Shown: positions 38,280-50,960, counted from the first letter of the stretch. The stretch is 64,000 nt of DNA from Chiloscyllium plagiosum (GCF_004010195.1 NC_057718.1:30758767-30822766); one strand, 5' to 3'. The notes: generated by a model from the sequence alone, not told the origin. Numbers and translations: made by a program.

Positions 38280-39130
38280 TCTATAGGATTTACCTGACCA
38301 CATGTTTTCATTTGCACTTTCTTATTGGCAGCCAACATAGTAACAGTATTTCACTGTGCAACCATACTGATTGATTCTGGCTACTCTATAAGGAATGGCA
38401 GCTCTTATAATGTGTTGTCATCCCCAAATCTGAAAATGGTGGAATTCTCAAATTCTTCAACTTTGTTATGTTCATTATTAAGTGGCATTTTAACCACTCT
38501 TTTCCACACATTTCAGATGTGCATCCACTGTCTAATACTGCACAATTGAAAGATTCTGCTACCAACATATTCATCATTGGGCTGAAATTATTAACAATAT
38601 ATTGCCCTATTTTTGATCCATTCTCCATTTTCTTCCTCTGAATCTTCTGTTTCGTGTTTGGTTTTGCATGCTCTTTATTAAACCATTTGGACAGACAGTA
38701 CTCTGAATCACCCCTGAAATATCAATTGACTATACCCTAATCATTTCTGAGGTTCATTCATTTGTTGTAAGTCCCAGTTCTGTTCACCTCTCACAACTGT
38801 CAAAAGTATTTATGTCCTCATTTCTTTCAACAGCCCATCAATATTGTGCCCTTTACTTTCTGATGTAAGACTATTGTGGCATAAAAGCTGCTAGAAGGGA
38901 ATGCTTTCCAAAGAATATTTTCAGTAATTCTGACACTTGTTCTAGCAGCTTGCTTATCTGAAACTTTAACTGCCATTGAAACTAGAAATTGGTCTAACTT
39001 GATACTTTGGCACAACCTAATTAACTGAAATGGTAACATAGTTTGGGAATTTATAAATAGATTTTCCACACAATTTGTTGAATTCCATTGTGTACTCTTC
39101 TGTGGGACTACCTTCACTCTTTCTGAATTT
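38280..39130 (-). mobile_element. Copia-like gag-protease relic
   Basis: AESFNCAVLDSGCTSEMCGKEWLKC (DSG aspartic protease motif) and gag-like EEYTMEFNKL. Confidence 0.65.
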
Positions 39131-39473
39131 GCTATTGACAAGATTAGCATTTTTGCCCATCCCTAATTGTCCAGGACCTTTCAGAGGGCGGTTAAGGGCC
39201 AACCACATTACTGTGGGCCTGGAATCACATCTCGGCCAGACCAGGTAATGATGGCAGATTTCTCTCCCTGAAGGACATTGGTGAACCAGGTAGCCTTTTG
39301 CAACAATAGACAGTAGTTTCATGGTTACCATTGTAGTGATTAGCTTCATTTATCACAGTTATCAATTGAATTTAAATTCCATGGACTTCCATTGGTGGAT
39401 TTGAATCAACGTGCCCAGAATAATATGGGCTGCTGGATTGCTATTTCAGTAACATTACTGCTATGCCACCACC
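39131..39473 (-). mobile_element. tRNA-derived SINE family B
   Basis: Shared body CAACCACATT..GTGGG.CTGGA.TCACAT...CCAGACCAGGTAA.GATGGCAG..TT.CT.CCCT.AAGGACATT.GTGAACCAG with copies at 41845, 43258, 47348 and 57270. Confidence 0.85.
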
Positions 39474-39975
39474 TTCTTAGTAACTAGAAGAAGGACTGAT
39501 CTTAAATCATACCTGTAGGTAATACTGAAACCCAGCAACTCTGTCACATTGTCAATCCTTGGTATTAGATTATACATAAAGGAGAAATAGGCTTTTCCAA
39601 TAGAAGAGTCAATGTCATCCTGCTGCTGTTAATTTACCAATGAAGATGTTACCTTGAACATGACAGCTCTGACTACTGTGTGAGAATAAAGTGAGTATTG
39701 TGGGATGCCTCAGGGTCACAGGGATGCAGTAGTATAAAATAAAAGGTTAGAAATTATTGTTGCTGATATTGGTAGGAAAATACTTAATGCATTTGTATGA
39801 CATTCCTTTGTCCACTAATTCAACAGAGGTGCTAACCAGTTCATTTTAAATGGACTAATGTGTCTGATAAAATAATAGAGAAATGTTATTTGAATGCATT
39901 AAGTATTAGTCTGCTCACATTGTCAGTCTCAGAGAATTTTGGATGTTCACCATTAAAAAAAAATGGCACATACAA

Positions 39976-39978
<3 letters not shown>

Positions 39979-40006
<28 letters not shown>
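39979..40006 (+). repeat. (GT)14 microsatellite
   Basis: Direct reading. Confidence 0.98.
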
Positions 40007-40010
<4 letters not shown>

Positions 40011-40999
40011 GTCCACTTACTCTTCCTTGTTCTGATAGGGTACAAAGTTGCTGATGCAGAATCTTATGGATGGTTTATCACAAATCTTTGTGTACAAATG
40101 AATATAATCACTGAATCAAGGCTGACAACAAGAGTTATACATGGGAGATTCACATGAACTAATATGTACCCTGACTTGCTTAGACATACAGATTTTTAAA
40201 ATGCTAATACAGTCTTAAAAGAAATAAGTAATCTTAATACGGATTATGATTCTTTAAAATTGATTTTCAGTGGCCCCTATGCACTAGTGGATTTGTCATA
40301 CAGATATATTCCAAACAATGTAATCAAAAAGCTTTCATTATTTATATGGAATGGTACAATGTATGGATACACGGCAAGGGCATAACTTTTTAAAATTACT
40401 TCTCACAAGTCTAAATCTAAGTGCACCGTTTATTACCCAAACCATTTGGGAAGGTACTTGTAACTTGCTTTCTTGAAACACTGCAAATTATGGCAGTAGG
40501 TACAGAGACAGTGCTGTTAGGAAGCGAGTTTTTAAGGGAAGGGAGACCAGCCCCAGACCAGATCCACCACCCATCCCATATAATCCCCCACTGCCAGCCT
40601 ACTCACAGAACTGACTCCCACTGTCCAGTAGCCTGACTTCCCCACCTATGGATCAAATACCTCCCTACCTCAGCTGGCCTCATCCCCCACACTAATGACA
40701 CACAATTAGTGTGTCATGATTTCACCAGATCCAATAGTGTTGCTGCGCACTGATCAACACAATAGCCCCATCCCAATTCACTGGCTTGATATCCTCGCAC
40801 CTCCCCCCCCCACCCCCCCACCATACCTCCACATCTGGATAATAACTTCAAATTACTGAACACCACACTCCCAACCTACCCTAAGCGCTATGTCAGTTAT
40901 CTGATACACTGACACCTTGTTCATTTGGCACCCTGCCACCTGGCACCTACATACTTGGCACACTGATAATATAGTGACAATTGTCCCCATATCAATCTT

Positions 41000-41680
41000 A
41001 AAATTAATAAGATGTCCATTGCCAAAATGTTTGACTTGGATTACCTATTTCCCCCAGAAGACCTTTCATCTTCTATTATTGTATCTTTACTCAATTAATT
41101 GTTTGGTTTGTCATTGGAACTTTGTTGTTCTGTAACTGTCTTACTTCTACACATTTTCTTACACCTTGACTTAGAGGTGACACATTCTTTTTTAATAGCT
41201 GAGTGCTGCTTGTGCCAGTGAGATTTCTTTTCTCCACAATGTTAGCACTAATTCTTAGTTTCTGCTGTCTGGTCAACTCTCATTTCTCACATGTGTCTTT
41301 TGGGTCATTGTACCTTAGGAACTGAATGGATTCTGATTATCTGTGATCAGGTTGATTTCTTATAATTAATCTCTGATGTTTTGAAACTTCTGCTCCACTT
41401 ATGATCTGGATGGCTTTCTCTAAAGTTAAAGCTTCATTGGATTCTAATTAATCTGGCAAAGATTCATCAGTAATTCCAACAACAATTCTGTCTTTTACGA
41501 ATTTTGGATTGAAATCCATAATCACATTTCTCCACCAATCTGTGGAGATCATTAATGAAATTACTTTCCAAATGCTCTGGATGCTGTACTCTTCTATTAA
41601 ATCTTGCCAATTAAAGAGTTGTTAAAAGCTTCCTCGACTTTATCAAAAGTATCAGGGTGTTATTTTTTGTTTTGTTTATT
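41000..41680 (-). mobile_element. Gypsy gag relic
   Basis: Minus strand: ARFNRRVQ..NFINDLHRLVEKCDYG..IVVGITDESL..LTLEKAIQI, matching the Gypsy gag core. Confidence 0.65.
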
Positions 41681-41844
41681 TCAAAGGCCAATGTCTATAA
41701 TTAGAACGAGTCAACAAAAGACTTGCAGATATTTACAAGGACTTTATTACAAAACTATAATGCAGCTCAAAGATTAGTTTCCATGTTTTCCTTCCACTGT
41801 CCAGAAGTCAACTCCCCACAGAGGCAGAATTCAGCTCTTGACAT

Positions 41845-42182
41845 TTTTTTATTCATTAATGGGATGAGGGTGTCATTGGCTAGACCAGCATTTATTACCC
41901 ATCCCTTTTGCCCAGGGGGCAGTTAAGAGTTAACAACATTGCTGTGAATCTGGAGTCACATGTGGGCTAGACCAGATAAGGATGGCAGTTTCCTTCCCTA
42001 AAGGACATTAGCGAACCAGGTGGATTTTTCCAACAATCAACGATGGCCATCATTATACTCTTAATTCCAGATATTTATTGAATTTAAATTCCACCATCTG
42101 CTGAGGCAAGATTCAAACCTGGGTCCCTGAATGTTATCTGGGTCTTTGGATTACCAGTCCAGTGATAATACCACTAGACCAT
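41845..42182 (-). mobile_element. tRNA-derived SINE family B
   Basis: Full copy including tail (minus ..AATAAATGCTGGTCTAGCCAATGACACCCTCATCCCATTAATGAATAAAAAA) and B-box-like GGTTTGAATCTT. Confidence 0.88.
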
Positions 42183-42275
42183 TATTTTATTTTTAAATTT
42201 CTAATCGACCTGTTCAGACATGTTATGATACATACCTGGAGCAGATGGGGCTTGAATCCAGAAGAGCCTGTCAAG

Positions 42276-43212
42276 AGTTCCACTCCTTTTATCCATATCC
42301 AGACATTCCTTTATACATCACTAAACATTATTTTTTTCCACCATCAAATCACCCATGTTTCTACTTAAGTGAAACATTTATTAGCATTCTCTAACAGGGT
42401 TAGTGGAGAGTTCCAATCTTTTTTCTCTTTTTTTACAAACTGAAGTGTTTTTACACATCACTGAACATTTTGTTCCACCACGAAATCACCTGTGTTTCCT
42501 TTCTCCTTTACCCTCCAACACTAAATCACTGTTATTTCCGAACTAATTATCAAAGCCTATCTGGAGCAATGCAATAACCCCAAAGATGAGGGAAAGAGAG
42601 AAGGGACTAAATCAAAATGGAGTTGAGGGGGAAAATAAAGCATTCCAACTTCTGTGGTACCCACCTCTCTTTAAAGACATCACGACACACATTCTCCCTC
42701 ACCAAGAACACCTAGGCAAAAGTTCCACTCTTCGGTTTTTGCATCCAGAAGTGATTTGCACATAACTGAATGTTTTTTTTTCCATCAACAAATCACTGGA
42801 GTTTCCCTTTACCTTCCGTCTCAAACTCACCCATGTTTCCAACTAAATTACAATTGACATGCAAAGCCCATCAGTGATAGCGCAGTGACACCAACCAAAC
42901 AATGGAAAATGTAGGGAAAGAGGGAGGGAACTCAATCAAAATGTGCTGAAAGAGGAAAGAGAGTTCCACTCTTTTCCTTTTATCTTTTCTTATGTTCAGA
43001 AATGCTTTCACGCACAACAGAATGATTTTTATCCCATCATCAAATCTCCTGCATTGCTTTTTATCATTAACCTCCACCAATAAATCACTCGTGTTCTCCA
43101 GTTAATCAAATTACTTGCAAAGCCCAGCAAGAGCAATGCAAGTTCCATTCCTTCCTTTCTTTTATATTCAGATGTGCAGTTACACACAACTGAAGTCGTT
43201 TTACTCCCCGTC
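42276..43212. repeat. Degenerate five-unit repeat of unknown origin
   Basis: Units begin AGTTCCA[C/A/T]TC at 42276, 42409, 42721, 42962 and 43141. Each is followed by a pyrimidine tract and CAGA/TGAAG..CAC..A.CTGAA; the first four also carry a CCA.CA..AAATC.C motif. Confidence 0.75.
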
Positions 43213-43257
43213 ACTTGTTGTACTTGTTCATTTATTAACCACCTAGAACACCGCTCT

Positions 43258-43582
43258 TTTGTTTGTTCATTGATAGGATGTGGGCATTACTGGCTAGGTC
43301 AACATTTATTGCACATCTCTACTTTTTAACAGTCAATTCTTGTTTGAGATATAGATGTCAACCAGACTGGGTAAGGATGGCAGATTTTCTTCCCTAAAGG
43401 ACATTAGTGAAACAGATTTTTTTTTTCCAGACAATCAACAGTGGTTACACCTGGTCACTATATCTTTAGTGCAGATTATTACTGAATTCAAATTTTACCA
43501 TCTACGTGGCAGGATTTGAATGTTGACTTGAGTTTTTGGTTTCCTAATTCAGTGGACATTATAATTACAATGTCACATTCCT
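43258..43582 (-). mobile_element. tRNA-derived SINE family B (older copy)
   Basis: GGATGTGGGCATTACTGGCTAGG..CATTTATTGC; CCAGACTGGGTAAGGATGGCAGATTT..CCCTAAAGGACATTAGTGAA. Confidence 0.8.
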
Positions 43583-44148
43583 CAGTGATTTTGCAGAGAT
43601 GAATTGCTATTTGTAGCACTTCTAATGATTGCTGTGGTTTGAATAAAGATTCCTTTCTCTTTAGTGGCTTTACTGCATGAATATGGTTGTCTGTGAATTA
43701 ATGAATTCTTCTTAACCATTGTTTCTGTTATGTTTCTTCCGACTCCAACTGTGACCTCAATAGTTTGCTTACAAACATGTATTTGTTTAAGATTTAAATT
43801 GCCCAACATTGCTTTAATTGCTCGAGCTTTATTACATACCAGTACTGTGACCCCATTTTCAAATCACTTCTGGGGTCGTTGATTTCCCTTACTGTAGCTG
43901 AGCCTAGTAGTGTCTGCTCCCCATGGTCACAACACTCACTCTGAGCTGCAAATACTTTGCTTTCGTCTGCAAATGTGCCATTTTAAAAAAAAATGTGTTC
44001 TCCTTGTTAATTAGGAATTTTAACCTCTGATGTCTATTAATTCTCCAATCTATAACTGTCAAGTATTGCTTGTGCTCCAACTCCATGTAGCTTCCAGCTC
44101 ACATTGTTTATTTGCCTCTCTTTCCAGGTCTGACATGATTTTTCTTTG

Positions 44149-44504
44149 GATCATAGAATCCCTGCAGTGCGGAGAGAGGCCATTTGGCCCATCAAGTCTG
44201 CACTGACCCTCCAAAGACCATCCCAACAAGAATCATGCCCCCTCCCCTATCCCCATAACCCTGCATTTATCCTGCTAATCCACTTAGCCTGCACATTCCT
44301 GGACACTACAGAGCAATTTAGCATGGGCAATCCACCTAACTTGCATCTTTGGATTGTGGGTGGAACCAGAGCACCCAGCAGAAACCCATCAGAGACAGGG
44401 AGAAGATGCAAAAATCCACACTGCTAGTCACTCAAATTTGGAATTGAGCCAAGCTCCCTGGCTCTGTGCAGCAGCAGTGCTAACCACTGTGCCAGTATGC
44501 TGTC
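44149..44504 (-). mobile_element. HE1-related V-SINE (older subfamily)
   Basis: GCAATTTAGCATGG..CCACCTAAC.TGCATCTTTGGATTGTGGG..GAACCAGAGCACCC..GCAGCAGTGCTAACCACTGTGCCA. Confidence 0.85.
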
Positions 44505-44989
44505 AATGGCAAGCACTGTCAACCACGTTTCCCTTGATGCTAAATTGTCCTTTGTTGATTCTTATGATTCGTCCGCTTGCTCTTACATTTGAATCTGGAA
44601 AGTTTGTCTGGGTTTGCTAGAATTTGTGCTGTACAGCTAAATCAAATTCTAAACCCACAGCTGCCATCATTTTATAATGGTGCAGCTGAATTGTATCCTT
44701 AGATGACCATGCTAATGTCATGTGGTTCTTACTGCAGTCACCTTGGTGAAATATACATTTCTGTCATCATCCTTGTTTTAAGTTGGGATCTGAAAGGTCT
44801 ATTTTGATTCATATGGAACAGCAACATCACTTGGTAGTCTAATGGAAAGAGGCCCTTGCCTTAAACAAGTTGTGATTTATTGCATGACAGCAATGACATA
44901 TAAATTGCATTATTAGAATGTACATTGCTACTAAGTCTGTTGGAAACCTTGGCTAAGAAATCGATCCCCTTCAAGATCAGAGAATGTTT

Positions 44990-45870
44990 TGCCTTTCTCC
45001 ACCAAGTCCTTATGACATCATCAGATTCTGACATGGTCTCCTGAAATCCTCATTAAACCAGGATTGATTTATTGAGGATGATGTTGTTAGATTGAGGGAT
45101 ATGATGTGCCAAGAGGTTACATAATGGTTGAATATAATGTGCTTAGTGTTTGAATGCAATTCTGCTGCTTCTAATGACCCATGGTGCCTCATGGTTGCTA
45201 GTTTTGAGCTGCTAGATCTGTTCAAAATCCCATTTAGCAAAGTGATAGTTGTGCACAATATAATGGATGGTATCTTCACTATGATCATGCGACTTTGTGT
45301 CCAGCAGGACTGTGCAATGGTCAGACTCACTAATCCTGTCATAGGTGCATCTGCAGTAGGTCAAATGGAGAGGATGATTTCAAATAGGCTTACCCTCTCT
45401 TGATTATTCCCTCTCTAGCTGCTGTAGGCGTAGTCTGGCAAATATGTCCTTCAGGAGTTGGCCAATTTAGTCAGTGATGGTGTGATCAACGCACTCTGTA
45501 TTAGGCAGTGACAATCCTTACCTAGAGTCCTTCTGTGCCCTTGCTATCTTCAGTGTTTCTTCAAAGTCTTAACTAACACAGTAAAGCTGTGATTCATCAG
45601 TTGTCAGAAAGCAACAAGTGGTGAGCAGAAGATTACCATGCCCATGTTTAACTTGCTGCTAGGAGACTTCCTGGGAAGCAGAGAGTGAATGTTAAGGACG
45701 TCCAGGGCACTCCCTCTTGAAAGTATACAATTGCCCTTATATCTAGAGGATCTGTCAGGTTTGTTGGACTGAATATATTGGATATACCAGAGGGTGATGG
45801 TGTTGTATCAAAATAATTGTTTTTTCTCACTGAGGACAAATTGTTATGATCAGGAGCAGGAACTTGCTGA
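44990..45870 (-). mobile_element. Old LINE relic (L2/CR1-group endonuclease region)
   Basis: Minus-strand fragments such as QSWFNEDFRR; heavily decayed. Confidence 0.45.
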
Positions 45871-46715
45871 TTTTTTCCCTCCCTCATTTGTTCAATGGCT
45901 CTATCACACATTTAGTGAGACTTACGTAGAGTGTTCTCATCCAATCCCTTGATACTTTGCCTCGTAACCCACTTTGCTATAATGGTTTGCAATAAAATAA
46001 TGTTCATGAAGACACGTTTGAGTAAATGAGTTTCTCAAAGATATGTAGAAGCAAAGTCACAGCTTAGTTTGAGCTGACATTTACCTTAAATAAGCTAAAA
46101 TAATTATAAGCCTTCAGTCCTCTTTACAATTTGTTAGTTTCTGAATGTTTTTTCGAGAATGATTCAGATGTTCTTTGGTGTTGGTGCAGTTGCTGTCAAG
46201 AGAACTTTTTAAGATATTTAATTCAGCTCAATGCTGAGATTATTGACAACAAGGAAATGTGAAAGATCCAAGTTAAATTTAAAACATTATGGACATGCAG
46301 AGTGAAGGAGAGGAATAAAGGTAAGTAGATTTTTGAAGATTGCCTGACTAGAGACAAAAGATCATCTCAAAGAACTTTCCAACCATGTTCTTCCATTCAT
46401 TTTTCTAATTTCTGATTTAGCAATAGCAAGAAAAAATGTTGTAAATTTCACTAAATGCACTTCACAAAAATGGCATATTTAACGTTCAAATTGGTACACG
46501 TTGGATCATTACCACTTTGTTACAGTCTGCATTATACACCACTGTGAAATCAGGATTGCTTGAATTGATTGAGTTGAACGCATGCCTTTGCAGGCTGATA
46601 TTTGCTCAAGCTCAGCTTTCTTCTCTAATATTTTCTGTATTTTTTCTCCAATGTAATCCAAACAACATTGATTAAGAAGGTGCAGAGGGTGAGTTATGTG
46701 TCATTAGTGTACAAG

Positions 46716-48136
46716 AGAACATAGAACATAGAAGGCACAGAAACAGGCCCTTCTGTTCACCTTCTCCGTGACAACCATGGTGCAATTCTGATCCCACACA
46801 CCACATGCAGGCAGCATCCCTCTATTCCCTGTTCATGTGTCTGTCTAAATGCCTCATAAACATTCCAAAAGTATCTGCATCTACAACCTCCCCCCGGCAG
46901 CACATTCCAGGCACATACTGCCCTCTGTGTAACAGAAGTCTCACATATTTCCTTTAAATTTTCACCTTCTCACATCAGACATATACCTCCTAGTATCTAA
47001 CATTTATACTGTGGGAAATTGACTCCGACTATCCACCTAGCTATACGTCTTATAATTTTATATACTTCTATCAGGTAATCCCTCAGCCTTTGACACTCTA
47101 GAGGAAAATCCAAGTTTTTCCAACTCTCCTTATAGTAAGCACACTCCAATTCAGGTAACAGCCTGATAGAGTTCTTTTGCAACCACTCCAAAGCTTCCAC
47201 ATCCTTCTGAAAGTGTGTTGACCGCAACTGTATTCATTACTCCAAATGTGGCTGAACTAAAGTCTTACACAACTGCAACACGATTTGCCAACTTTTATGC
47301 TCAATGATCTAATCGATAAATGCAAGCCTTCTTCACCACCTAATCCACTTTTTAAAAATTGATTCACGGGTTGTGGATGTCACTGGCTAGGCCAGTATTT
47401 AGTGCACATCTCTCATGCCAGAAGGCAGTTACAGTCAACCACATTCCTATGGGTCTGGAGTCACACATAGGCCAAACCAGGTAAGAATGACAATTTTCTT
47501 ACTAAACTTTCCTTCCCTAAAGGACATTGGTTAATGAGATGGATTTTTCTGCCAATTAGCAACAGCGGTCATCATTAGACCCTTAATCCCAGATTTTGTT
47601 TTATTGGATTCAAATTCCACTATCTGCCATGGCGAATTTGAACACAGGTCCCCAGTCATCACATGGGTCTCTGGGTTACTAATCCAGTGATAACACCACA
47701 AGGCCATTGCCTCCCTTGGTGTTGCCTCTTTTAGGGAGCTATTGACCTGAACCCCAAGTTCCCCTTACATCAATGCCCCTAAGGATCCTGCCACTTACTG
47801 TATACTTCCCTTTTGCATTGGACCTGGCAAAATGCATCACCACACATTTCTCCAGATTAATCTCCAGCTGCCATTTCTCCGCCTGACTTTCCAACTAATC
47901 TATATCCTGATGTATCCTTTGACAATGTTCCTTGCTATCTGCAGCTCCACTAATTTCCATGTCATCTGCAAACTTACTATTCACATCACCTACTTTTTAT
48001 CTGAATCATTCCTATGTATTACAAACAATAGAGGTGCCAGCAATGATCCTTTTAGAACACCACTGGTCACAGACTGCAGTCAGTAGAACACTCCTCCACA
48101 ATTACTTTCTGTCTTCTATGACCATGCCAATTTTAT
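46716..48136 (-). mobile_element. Older CR1 3' portion interrupted by a SINE
   Basis: (ACATAGA)n tail at ~46716; QKDVEALEWLQK, RLRDYLIEVYKII; FADD-encoding GTCATCTGCAAAC at ~47961. Confidence 0.88.
47348..47715 (-). mobile_element. tRNA-derived SINE family B nested in CR1
   Basis: Same body as other family B copies; CR1 sequence resumes at ~47717. Confidence 0.85.
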
Positions 48137-48236
48137 AGGAGAAAGTGAGGACTGCAGATGCTGGAGATCAGAGCTTAAAAATGTGTTGCTGGAAAAGCGC
48201 AGAAGGAGAATCGATGTTTCGGGCATAAGCCCTTCT
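48137..48236. mobile_element. Penelope-like terminal fragment, cut by the assembly gap
   Basis: GGAGAAAGTGAGGACTGCAGATGCTGGAGATCAGAG...TCGATGTTTCGGGCATAAGCCCTTCT, same family as 4682 and 26223. Confidence 0.75.
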
Positions 48237-48736
48237 NNNNNNNNNNNNNNNNNNNNNNNNNNNNNNNNNNNNNNNNNNNNNNNNNNNNNNNNNNNNNNNN
48301 NNNNNNNNNNNNNNNNNNNNNNNNNNNNNNNNNNNNNNNNNNNNNNNNNNNNNNNNNNNNNNNNNNNNNNNNNNNNNNNNNNNNNNNNNNNNNNNNNNNN
48401 NNNNNNNNNNNNNNNNNNNNNNNNNNNNNNNNNNNNNNNNNNNNNNNNNNNNNNNNNNNNNNNNNNNNNNNNNNNNNNNNNNNNNNNNNNNNNNNNNNNN
48501 NNNNNNNNNNNNNNNNNNNNNNNNNNNNNNNNNNNNNNNNNNNNNNNNNNNNNNNNNNNNNNNNNNNNNNNNNNNNNNNNNNNNNNNNNNNNNNNNNNNN
48601 NNNNNNNNNNNNNNNNNNNNNNNNNNNNNNNNNNNNNNNNNNNNNNNNNNNNNNNNNNNNNNNNNNNNNNNNNNNNNNNNNNNNNNNNNNNNNNNNNNNN
48701 NNNNNNNNNNNNNNNNNNNNNNNNNNNNNNNNNNNN
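48237..48736. other. Assembly gap (500 N)
   Basis: Run of exactly 500 Ns; the true length and contiguity across it are unknown. Confidence 0.99.
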
Positions 48737-49064
48737 CAGTTGGAAACAATGGCCAGCATAGTTTAAGGATAAAAGGGAGAAGAGCAGAGTTCAGGTGGTG
48801 AATAGTAATGTAAATACTTAAGGTGAAGTGAATACTAAAGTAACCACAGCTGTTACAGCAGAAATGACAATGAGTTAAATGATAGCATCAAGACAGAAGG
48901 ATAGGGTAGGGACAGTTGCTCAACTGAGAGTTTTATACACTAACACAAATAATATAAGAAGAGTCAAACATAACTTGGGGGGTAAGACATTTTGGCTATT
49001 ACTGAGACCTGGCAGAAATCTGGTACTGAATATAACTTAGTATTCCAATATTAATATCATTCAA

Positions 49065-49335
49065 AACTAGAGGGTATATATTTAATGTGAGAGGGAAAAG
49101 ATTTAAAAAGGACTTGAAGGGTAACTTTTTCACACAGAGGTTGGAGCATTAATGGAATGAGCTGCCAGAGGAAGTGGTGGGGGTAGGTACAATTACATTT
49201 AAAAGACATCTGGATGAGTATATGAATAGGAACAGTTTATAGGGATATGGTCCAAATGCTGGCAAGTGGGACTAGGTCAGATTTGGATGTCTGGTCGGCA
49301 CAAACGAGTTGGACCAAAGGGTCTGTTCCTGTGCT
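49065..49335 (+). mobile_element. HER1-type CR1 3' end
   Basis: TTTTTCACACAGAGG..TGGAATGAGCTGCCAGAGGAAGTGGTGG..GAGTTGGACCAAAGGGTCTGTT..CTCTATGAC. Confidence 0.88.
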
Positions 49336-49759
49336 CCGTGTCTCTATGACCCTCTAAAACAGTAATATGTTGGCCCTAGCTCCTGTATTAATTTTAACTT
49401 TCAGAGTATGTTTTCCTACCTCTCAAGACATGCAATGCTCATGGTCTTTTCTGATGGTCTTATACTGTCGACATTGTGTGTGACATTAACAAGAGGAGAA
49501 GTTTAATCATCTTTTGGATTCTGGAGATCTGACATACGAGCAGAAAGTGCTAGAAAAACTCAATGGTCTGGCAGCATCTGGGGAGAGAGAAACTGAATTA
49601 ACGTTTCAAGTCTAATATAACTCTTCATTAAAAATGAACTGTTGGATTTCCAAGTTAAATAGAAGAGTGACATTGGACTCAATATTAACACTGTTTCTCA
49701 TCTTCTGATATTTATCTTTTGCTTGCTTATTCTGAACTTCATTGATGTGTTTCCTTTTA

Positions 49760-50300
49760 CACATATTCTTCATACCTTCCTTGCTGGCAGTTATGTGGTG
49801 TTGTCGCTGTTTTGTTGGTCACATGTGTTTTGTTTTGGTATCTGGCTTGACCTTTCGAACCGAATTTCTTGTATATCCATGTCAAATGTCTCTTGATGAT
49901 ACATGCTTTGGTTAAATGTGACAACCCATGTCTGAACATATTGTTGATTTCATCTGCTTTGCTGATTGTCGCAATAGTTCATTGTTGTAAGGCTGCAATA
50001 TGACTACGTACTTATATACATTTTCAAGTAATGTGTCAATGGTATAGTCTTTTCTCTTGACCAGATGTTGCTTTATAAAGGCTTTAATTGGTGTGTAGAT
50101 GATCACTAATTTAATGACAGTTCTATTTTGGAAAGTCATACTCATTCCCTTTGCTGTGGCAGCTTCTGACAAACTGTTTAATAGATTCTTGAGGTTGAAT
50201 TTCAGTACAACATGAGTTAAAGTCTGTTTGTCCTGTAGTTAATTCTTATCTTGAGGAGATCTTTGAGAATATGCCAAATCTTTTCTGCATATTTCTGGTC
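49760..50300 (-). mobile_element. Probable Gypsy gag relic
   Basis: LVIIYTPIKAFIKQHLVKRKDYTIDTLLENVYKYVV and a degenerate knuckle GLSH..C..KFGSKGQARY. Confidence 0.4.
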
Positions 50301-50334
50301 ATTGCTGGATAAATGAGATACCTTAAACTGGAAC

Positions 50335-50415
50335 AGTGGGATTCGAACCCACGTTCCCAGGACAATTAGCCAGGGATCCTGCAATATTAGTCCAGTGGTA
50401 TTATACACTATCTCT
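50335..50415 (-). mobile_element. tRNA-SINE family B head fragment
   Basis: GTGGGATTCGAACCC (B box on the minus strand)...TAGTCCAGTG. Confidence 0.6.
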
Positions 50416-50479
50416 TCACTTGTAAATTAATATCACATGGATCAGGAACAGTGGAGGCCCAAAGACATTTCCAGGTCCA

Positions 50480-50960
50480 CATACGTAACTGCAAGAATAT
50501 TATCATAAAAGCTAATTGAATATTAGCTTTTGTAAAGATTTAGAATATGAAAGGGTGTAATATTTTCTACTGCAATATAAAACCCTCCTTAGACCACATT
50601 TGGAGTATAAATACAATTCTGGATATCACACTTTGAAACAACATATTGGAAAGAATTCTGTATAGATTCACCAAGATGTTGCTGCCCGCTTCTAGCTGGC
50701 CTGACTACTGATAGCAATTTAGGTTTTTATTTCACCAAAATGTTGCCAGCTTTCCAAGGGTTGGATTATGAGGAAAATCATATGAAATAGGTTTGTATTC
50801 CCTGGAATATAGAGTTAGAGGGTAATTGGTTTGAGCTTTTTGAATTTTAAATTCTAATAGAGAAAAACATTTTCATTTCATACTTTAAAGTTCAGGAGAG
50901 AAATTTGGAAGCATTCCTTTTTGCAATGGATAGTATGAGGAAATCTTTTTTTTGTCTATA
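50480..50960 (+). mobile_element. Very old CR1 3' fragment
   Basis: TATAAAACCCTCCTTAGACCACATTTGGAGTAT (YKTLLRPHLEY); TAGATTCACCAAGATGTTGC. Confidence 0.7.

Noticed and set aside
40540..40960. C-rich strand-asymmetric tract
   Set aside because: Low-complexity with no definable period or ORF; probably a decayed TE interior.
42276..43212. CRISPR-like array
   Set aside because: Units are long, degenerate and irregular, the inter-motif sequences are mutually homologous rather than unique spacers, there are no cas genes, and the context is eukaryotic.
46228..46326. Possible coding exon ending at a perfect donor AAG|GTAAGT (46320/46321)
   Set aside because: All three frames from the nearest AG contain stops, and the acceptor is poor; a non-coding exon cannot be excluded.
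48168..48761. About 193-aa ORFs in three frames
   Set aside because: Artefacts of translating the 500-N gap.
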